64,000 nt of DNA, taken from contig CAXXJV010000001.1 in NCBI GenBank assembly GCA_963663475.2, positions 2,831,422 through 2,895,421 of the forward strand, in the 5' to 3' direction. This document shows positions 57,364-64,000 of this stretch, piece by piece. The notes under the pieces were generated by a model that had not been told where the DNA came from, did no database searches, and worked only from the letters and a program-made list of their open reading frames with translations. Source of the stretch: Candidatus Cloacimonadales bacterium. GTDB taxonomy: Bacteria; Cloacimonadota; Cloacimonadia; Cloacimonadales; JAFGVF01. Every line of letters begins with the position of its first letter. The first letter of the stretch is position 1. The translations under genes were made by a program, and so were the position numbers.

Positions 57364-58651
57364 AATTGCAGTAGCAACTTTTGGTTGCAAGATAAATCAA
57401 TATGAATCAGCAGGGATAATTGCCCAATTTGAAGAACATGGATTCAAGCATGTTGCTTTTAGTCAAGAAGCAGAAGTCTATGTTGTGAATTCATGTACAG
57501 TAACAAATAGGACAGATTTTAAATCTAGAAATGCAATCAGGAAAGTTTTAAAGAGAAAAGCAATTAATCCTAGTATTGTTTTGATTATCACAGGTTGCTT
57601 TGTTCAAAGGAATAGAGAAGAAATTATGGAGCTGGGAGATATTGATATAATTGTTGATAACCAACATAAGCACATTATTTATGACCTTTATATAGCTAAG
57701 GAAAGCTCCTTTGACGATATAATGAAGTTTAAAGATTTCAGCGAAATGAAAGCGACTGAGATGTATGATAGGTCGAGAGCCTTTGTAAAAATACAGGATG
57801 GTTGTAATTTCTTTTGTAGTTACTGTGCAATTCCTTATGCAAGAGGAAGATCTAGATCAAGAAAGAAAGAAGATGTTATTGAACAAATTAAGATCTTAGT
57901 TAATAATGGTTACCAAGAAGTAGTGCTTGGCGGAATTAATATGGGACTCTACGGGAGAGACCTCTATGACAAGTATCAGCTTGCAGACCTATTAGCTGAT
58001 ATTGAAGAAATCCCAGGTCTTAATAATATCAGACTCAGCTCGATTGAACCACAGCTTTTCACAAAAGACTTACTAACTTTCTTTAGCAAGTCCACCAAGA
58101 TAAGTCCCCATTTCCACATCCCACTTCAAAGTGGCTCTGATACTATTCTTGAGTTAATGAGGAGACATTATAGAAGTGCTGAATTCAGACAAACAATCGA
58201 AAATTTAATCTCTATCTTCCCTAATGCAGCTTTTGGTATAGATGTTATTGTTGGTTTCCCAGGTGAATCTGAAGAACTATTTCAAGAGACTTACGACTTT
58301 TTAGCATCACTTCCAATTACCTATCTTCATGTTTTTTCCTATTCCAGAAGAAAAGGAACTCCTGCTGAAAAGATGAAGAATCAGATCAATGGTCAGAAGA
58401 AAAAGGAAAGAAGCAATAAACTGATAAATCTTTCTAAAGAGTTAACCGATAGATTTATTGACAAAATACTTGCTGATAAGATGGAACTTACCGCTGTAGT
58501 GGAAGAGCAAGTAGATGGATTATGGACTTCCCTATCAGATCACTTTGTAAGAATCTATTATAGTGGTGACAATTTGCAAAAGAAGCAAAAGATAAGGGTA
58601 TTACCTGAAGCTAGGTTTAAGGAAGGGATAAAGGTAAAGATAATTGATTGA
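57356..58651 (+). CDS. mtaB: tRNA methylthiotransferase MtaB
   Basis: TFGCKINQYES, NSCTVT, KIQDGCNFFCSYC, RLSSIEP, HIPLQSG. Confidence 0.92.
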   Translation: MNRIAVATFGCKINQYESAGIIAQFEEHGFKHVAFSQEAEVYVVNSCTVTNRTDFKSRNAIRKVLKRKAINPSIVLIITGCFVQRNREEIMELGDIDIIVDNQHKHIIYDLYIAKESSFDDIMKFKDFSEMKATEMYDRSRAFVKIQDGCNFFCSYCAIPYARGRSRSRKKEDVIEQIKILVNNGYQEVVLGGINMGLYGRDLYDKYQLADLLADIEEIPGLNNIRLSSIEPQLFTKDLLTFFSKSTKISPHFHIPLQSGSDTILELMRRHYRSAEFRQTIENLISIFPNAAFGIDVIVGFPGESEELFQETYDFLASLPITYLHVFSYSRRKGTPAEKMKNQINGQKKKERSNKLINLSKELTDRFIDKILADKMELTAVVEEQVDGLWTSLSDHFVRIYYSGDNLQKKQKIRVLPEARFKEGIKVKIID

Positions 58652-59360
58652 AACAAAGAATTTTAATATAGCTTTTAATGATAATCCTGTTCTCACAGAT
58701 ATCAATATCAAGATTCCACAGGGTAAGTTCACTGTCATCTTAGGTCATAGTGGCTCTGGTAAATCTGTTTTAACCAAATCTATTATTGGCTTATTTAGGC
58801 ATTTCACAGGTGAGATTAAACTTGATGATTCTATTATAGACTATAATAATAATCAAGAGGTATATAAACTGAGAAAAAGAGTTGGAATGCTCTTTCAATC
58901 AGGTGCTTTATTCGATTCAATGGATGTCTATCAAAACATAGCTTTCCCTCTTTTTGAACATTCCAAAATGAAAGAAAGTGATATTGAGAAAAGAGTTTCC
59001 CTGCTTCTAGATCAGGTTAACCTTCCCAATATTGCTAATAAGTATCCTGCAGAATTATCTGGAGGGATGAAAAGACGAGTAGCTCTAGCCCGAGCTATTA
59101 GTATGGAACCTGATTATCTCATCTATGATGAACCTACTACTGGACTAGACCCTGTGACAAGCAAGGGAATTGTTAAACTTATTGCTAACCTCCATACAGC
59201 AGTAATTAAATCAACTTGTGTGATTACTCATGATTTTCTTTCATTTGCAGATTTATGCCAATTTCTAATAGTCTTAGATAAAGGAAAATGCCTTTTTTCA
59301 GGTAATTACTCTCCTGATATAATTAAAAGAGAAGATATAAGACCACTTGTTAACATGTAA
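58644..59360 (+). CDS. ABC ATPase, MlaF/Mkl-like
   Basis: GHSGSGKS, GMLFQSGALFDS, LSGGMKRRVALARA, YDEPTTGLDP. Confidence 0.88.
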   Translation: MIETKNFNIAFNDNPVLTDINIKIPQGKFTVILGHSGSGKSVLTKSIIGLFRHFTGEIKLDDSIIDYNNNQEVYKLRKRVGMLFQSGALFDSMDVYQNIAFPLFEHSKMKESDIEKRVSLLLDQVNLPNIANKYPAELSGGMKRRVALARAISMEPDYLIYDEPTTGLDPVTSKGIVKLIANLHTAVIKSTCVITHDFLSFADLCQFLIVLDKGKCLFSGNYSPDIIKREDIRPLVNM

Positions 59361-59373
59361 TTTCTTTCCTACT

Positions 59374-62300
59374 TTACTTTAAGAACTTCTCTAAGACTCT
59401 AGTCAGTTCCTTTACATTGATTGGTTTAGTTAAGAAATCTACCATACCAACCTGCAAACACTTATCTTTATCATCAGAAAATGCACCAGCAGTTAAAGCT
59501 ATTACAGGTACATTAGATCCAAGTTTCTTTTCAATTTGCTTTATTGCTTTAGTTGCTTCTAAACCATCCAGCTCTGGCATCTGAATATCCATCAAGACTA
59601 AATCTGGAATCTCTTGTTTAAAAATGTGTACAGCTTCCATACCATTCCTAGCTTCTGAAATTTCGACATTAGTTATCAGTTTCTTAATTAAGGCTTTTAT
59701 CAATACCATATTCATATCTACATCTTCTGCAATTAAAATTTTGATTAGCTTATGAGGTTCAATAGTATTAATTGCTTTACTAGATGTATCTTGAGTATAC
59801 TTTAGATTATTATCATTGGAACATATTTCTGCTAAAACATTGAAGAGATTACTATATAATACAGGCTTTGTCATTATATGCTGAGCATGTATCTTGCGAG
59901 AGATCTCAACAATATCAATATTATCATTAGGACAATATGTAATAATTGATGAACAATTAACTAAATTTCTATTAGTCTCAAATGCTTGACATATGTCTTG
60001 ATAATTGTCTTCTTGTAATAAACCTTCATCCAGCATGACAACATCAAATGGAGCAGAGTCAATCCTTTTTTGACATTCTACCATAGATGAAACTATACCA
60101 ACTTCCATGCCCCAATACTCTAGCTTATTTTTCAATCTTTCTAAATAATGACTATTTGCATCAGCAAGTAATATCTTCCTATCCCTTAATTTATTTCTCT
60201 GGGACACCTTACCTTCTGTGTATTGAGTATCAATAGCAAAGTAAAACTCACTTCCAGAACCTTCTTCACTAACAAAGTCAATATGTGAACCCATCTGATT
60301 AGCAAAATAGTTAGAGATAACCAGACCTAAGCCAGTACCTCCATAACGACGTGTAATTGAACCATCCGCCTGAGAAAAGGCCTTGAAAAGACGACTTGAA
60401 TCCTCTTGAGAAATACCAATTCCACTATCTCTAACAGAAAAAATAAATCTTCCAGAATTACCCTCTTTCTCAGTAAATTTGACACTTAATTCAATTTCTC
60501 CTTGATTGGTAAACTTTACAGCATTGTTTAAGAGATTCACTAAAATCTGTTTCAATCTTAAAGGATCCACCATAGCCTTGTCAGGAAAAGAATTAGGAAT
60601 ATTAAGTATAATATCTAAGCCCTTTTTACAGGCGGGGAATTTTGTTATATCTACTGCTTGTTCTAAGATTTCTGTTATAGAAGCACTAATAATATCTAAC
60701 TCCATTTTTCCAGCTTCTATTTTAGAGAAGTCTAGTATATCACTAATGATACCTAAGAGAGCTTTACCTGAAGTGTTAGCATTCACAGCAAACTGTTTCT
60801 GACTTTCAGTTAAATTAGTACTTAATAGTAAGTCAGTAAAACCAATAACTCCATTTAATGGTGTTCTAATCTCGTGACTCATATTAGCTAAAAATTCAGA
60901 TTTTGCCTTAGTAGCAGCTTGAGCAACCTCTTTTTCTTTTTCTAACTCTTTAAGAGCCTTGACTCTTTGAGTTGAATCTGAGAAAATAACCGCAAATTTA
61001 TCTGGTTCTGGACTGAAAGCTTTTACCTCGAAATATTTATCAATAGCTGCCGAGAAGTTCTCATAGGTTAATGATTCTCTTGTTTTAGCAACTTGTCCAT
61101 AAGTATTTATCCAGTAATCTTCGGTATCAGGTAATACCTCTTTTACTGTTCTACCAATAATATCATTCACTTTGAGTCCAGTAAATTCTTCAAAGGCAGG
61201 GTTTACATCTAGGAATCTATAGTCTATAGGCTTACCATTTTCATCATAGATCATTTCATGATTAGCAAAACCTGTTGTCATGTTTTCAAAAAGTAACCTA
61301 TACTTCTTTTCAGACTCTCTTAGCTTACGATCTAATTTCCTCATATCTGTAATATCTGTCATTACTGTGAGGAAATACTTTTGACCATTTGATTCAATAA
61401 GTTCCCCAGAAAAGAGACCTTCTATAAGCTCACCCTTCTTAGGAATAACCTTCATATTGATGTTTTGAAAATTACCTTCTGCTATTAATTTAGCTGTAGC
61501 TAAATCTAGTTTTTCCATTTCCATAGTCAAGTTCAAATCTTGAGTAGTTTTACCAATAACTTCTTCTTTCTTATAACCTAAGCTTTTACAAAATGAATTA
61601 TTCACATCAATAAATCTTCTATCTGGATAACTAGATAAAGCCATAAGTGCGGGATTACTATCAAAGATTTTATTAAATTTCGCTAAAGCTTCCTGCTCTT
61701 TGGTTATATCCTTAGAAACTGCAAATAAAGAATCCTTACCATTCCACTTACCAAGCCAAGTCTGGGTCTCTACTGGTATTAAATCACCTGTTTTATTCAA
61801 TAACGGTAATGGACAAAAATTATCATTGTTGTTAATTAAGTAGTTAACAACATCTTCAAGATGGTATTTCTTAGACCTATCATGTAAATCTAAAATAGTC
61901 ATCCTTTTCAAAGCTTCTGAATCATATCCTAGTTTTTCAACTACAGCATTATTAGTATATTGAATATGTCCTTGCAAATCTGCAATAAAGACCATATCTT
62001 TAAGTGTTTCAAAGAAAAGCCTAAAGTTCTCTTCACTAGTTTTTAGTCTCTCAGCCATCTCCTGTTCTTCAGTAATGTCTCGCCAGATTGCCAGTATCCT
62101 ATCTTGCTCTTTTAATCTTATTTTTATAAGTGATATTTCAGCAGGGAATTCACTACCATCATAACGTAGGTGATTCCACCTAAAAGTTTGTTTACCTTTT
62201 TCAAGAGCTAATTCAATAAGTTTAGTAGCCTTTTCAGAAGATAATGAACCATCAGGTTGAAACTTTGGAGAAATCTCCATAGGATTCTTTCCTATTAACC

Positions 62301-63885
62301 AACCATGAGGACAATTCAATATCTTCTCAGCAGCTTCATTAACATCTATAAAAATTCCATTCTCCATGATACAATAAGCATCAACAGTCTCAGTAAACAT
62401 AACTCTATGCTTTTCTTCACTGTCTTTTAATCTGATTTCAGACTTTTTAAGCTGGGTAATATCACGATATCTCCAAACTCTTCCCACTATTTTTCCTTGA
62501 ACTTCTTGAGGAAATGAATACCTTTCTATTATCTTACCATTAGTCATCTCTATCACGTCGAATGATATCATATCTGGATTAATGAAAGTTCTTTCAATTA
62601 CTTGGAAGAACTCATCTTTATTAATAATTTTATCTCCTACTTTTGGTAAAACCTTGGAATCCATTCTCTCAGAAATCTCACTTTCTTTAATACCCCAAAT
62701 TTCTAAAAAACGATGATTCCACTTATTGATATAGCCATCATTATTTATAATTAGGATGCCATCGTCAGTAGATTCTAGAGAAGCATTTAAAAGTGAAAGT
62801 GAGTAAGATAGATCTTCTTTGATTTCCTTGAGTTCATTTATATCAGCTTTAAGCAATTCTGTCCTAGCTAAAAATGAATTAAAACTTTTAGCCATAACAC
62901 CAATCTCATTCTTAGGATAATCTTGAATAGGACTTACTTTTAAATTTCCCTTAGCTAGACTTTGCAAGGCTGACGAAACTTCAACCACAGGTTTAGCAAT
63001 TAATTTACCTAAAATATTAGCATATATTTTTGACACCACAAGTGTTAGGATTATCAGGATTGCAGATAATATGAATAAACGAGGTAGAATCGGACCTTTT
63101 ATCTCCTTCTTATTTACCAATGAAATAAGATACCAATCAGATTCTGATAATTTTTGTGAACTTACAAAATAATCATTTTGATTATCAGCATGTTCAACTA
63201 TGAAATTAGCATTAGAAAATATATCTCTATGCTGCTTTATTATATCCAAGTGAAGTTCTCTAGGTCGGGGAGTTATTACCGCATGATATTTTTCATTAAC
63301 TAAAACAATTTCTTTAGATTCATACCTTGATTTAGAGGAAAGCAAACTATATAAAGTATCTAAACGACAGTCTACACCAACAACTCCTATGTTTTTGCCT
63401 GAATAATAAATTGGCTTACTTAGGATGAATTTGGTTGTATCTCCTCGTTCCAAAGACGTAAAGTTAACGCTATAGTTACCCCTAGCTAAATCTATTGCAT
63501 TACTATACCAAACTTGATCTTTGAAACTGCTTTTGGGGAAATCGTCTGTATATAGTAAGCTATCATTTTCATAACCAACAAAAATTCTGTTTATGTTAGG
63601 ATTGCTTTCTTCAATTTCTATGAGGATTTTCTCCTAGTATATCTCTCTCTTTTCTGTAGATTCATTTGCTTCAATTAAACAAGGTGAATAAGACATTACA
63701 TCTACTATAGCTGATATGTCTCTAAAGAAATGTTCTGTTTCAGAACTAATTGTTTTATTCTCTTCCTCCAGCATCATAATAGAATATTTTATGTTCCTAT
63801 TGTACATATAAATTCCCAAAACACTAGTGAATATAATAAATATTACAAAAGCAGATATTAAAACTGATTTAAAGATATCTTCCAT
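59374..63885 (-). pseudogene. Hybrid sensor histidine kinase (TM-Cache-TM-HAMP-multiple PAS-HisKA-HATPase-2 REC) with in-frame TAG at 63636-63634
   Basis: ORFs 63634-63885 and 59374-63453 share a frame; the intervening 60 codons are open and Cache-like; ANMSHEIRTP, NAVKFT, GGTGLGL, MDIQMP. Confidence 0.8.
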
Positions 63886-63899
63886 GATGGTAGATTTTT

Positions 63900-64000
63900 C
63901 TAATCTTTCTCCGCATCTTCTTTTTGTGAATATCTCTTTTTGAAGGATATCTTCCTAATCGACTCATCTTCTCTCCCTTGTTCGATTTCGCTAAACCACA
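63900..64000 (-). CDS. Possible 3' end of an upstream gene
   Basis: Open frame WFSEIEQGREDESIRKISFKKRYSQKEDAEKD* from the window edge. Confidence 0.4.
   Translation of the reverse strand, partial: WFSEIEQGREDESIRKISFKKRYSQKEDAEKD

Noticed and set aside
607..60802. Many 60-120 aa ORFs overlapping known genes (e.g. 2799-3155, 16054-16392, 53012-53374, 60506-60802)
   Set aside because: Antisense or off-frame shadows of well-supported genes
63634..63636. Genome-wide TAG reassignment
   Set aside because: TAG is the natural stop of lipA and of the 21209-24649 gene; all other genes read intact with the standard code
63886..63967. Alternative kinase start (MSRLGR... or MRRKIRK...) requiring a frameshift in an A5 run
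   Set aside because: Cannot be distinguished from re-initiation at ATG 63885 after the upstream stop at 63900; no independent support

Overview
AT-rich bacterial chromosome segment, mostly housekeeping genes on the minus strand. Gene content (C25/gingipain-like N-terminus, QNYPNPFNP...IDIYNLKGQKV C-terminal sorting domain, amino-acid fermentation enzymes) suggests an anaerobic FCB-group organism, probably Ca. Cloacimonadota (inference). Main blocks: ppdK; methyltransferase-Eis-like GNAT-xerC; a sarcosine-oxidase/proline-dehydrogenase-like pair divergent from a 2-oxoacid:ferredoxin oxidoreductase; an AAA-ATPase/RloB (AbiL-like) defence pair; two large secreted cohesin/dockerin proteins; a 13-gene lptB-rpoN-lpdA-lipA-hpf-hprK-ptsH-ptsI-pgi run; an asnS-PBP1A-...-rlmN-deoC-thyX run; pfkA; aspS-purN-mtaB; and a hybrid histidine kinase interrupted by an in-frame TAG. 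Intergenic DNA holds several small repeat families: a ~160-bp fully fold-back MITE-like element with 5-bp target duplications, covarying arms and nested insertions; an ISL3-like miniature element; a long perfect hairpin family; and a REP cluster. The best candidates for novelty are this repeat system, the cohesin/permuted-dockerin protein pair, and a DeoC with an encapsulation-peptide-like, Cys-rich N-terminus. No tRNA, rRNA or CRISPR array was found. All family assignments come from motif recognition by eye, not database searches.
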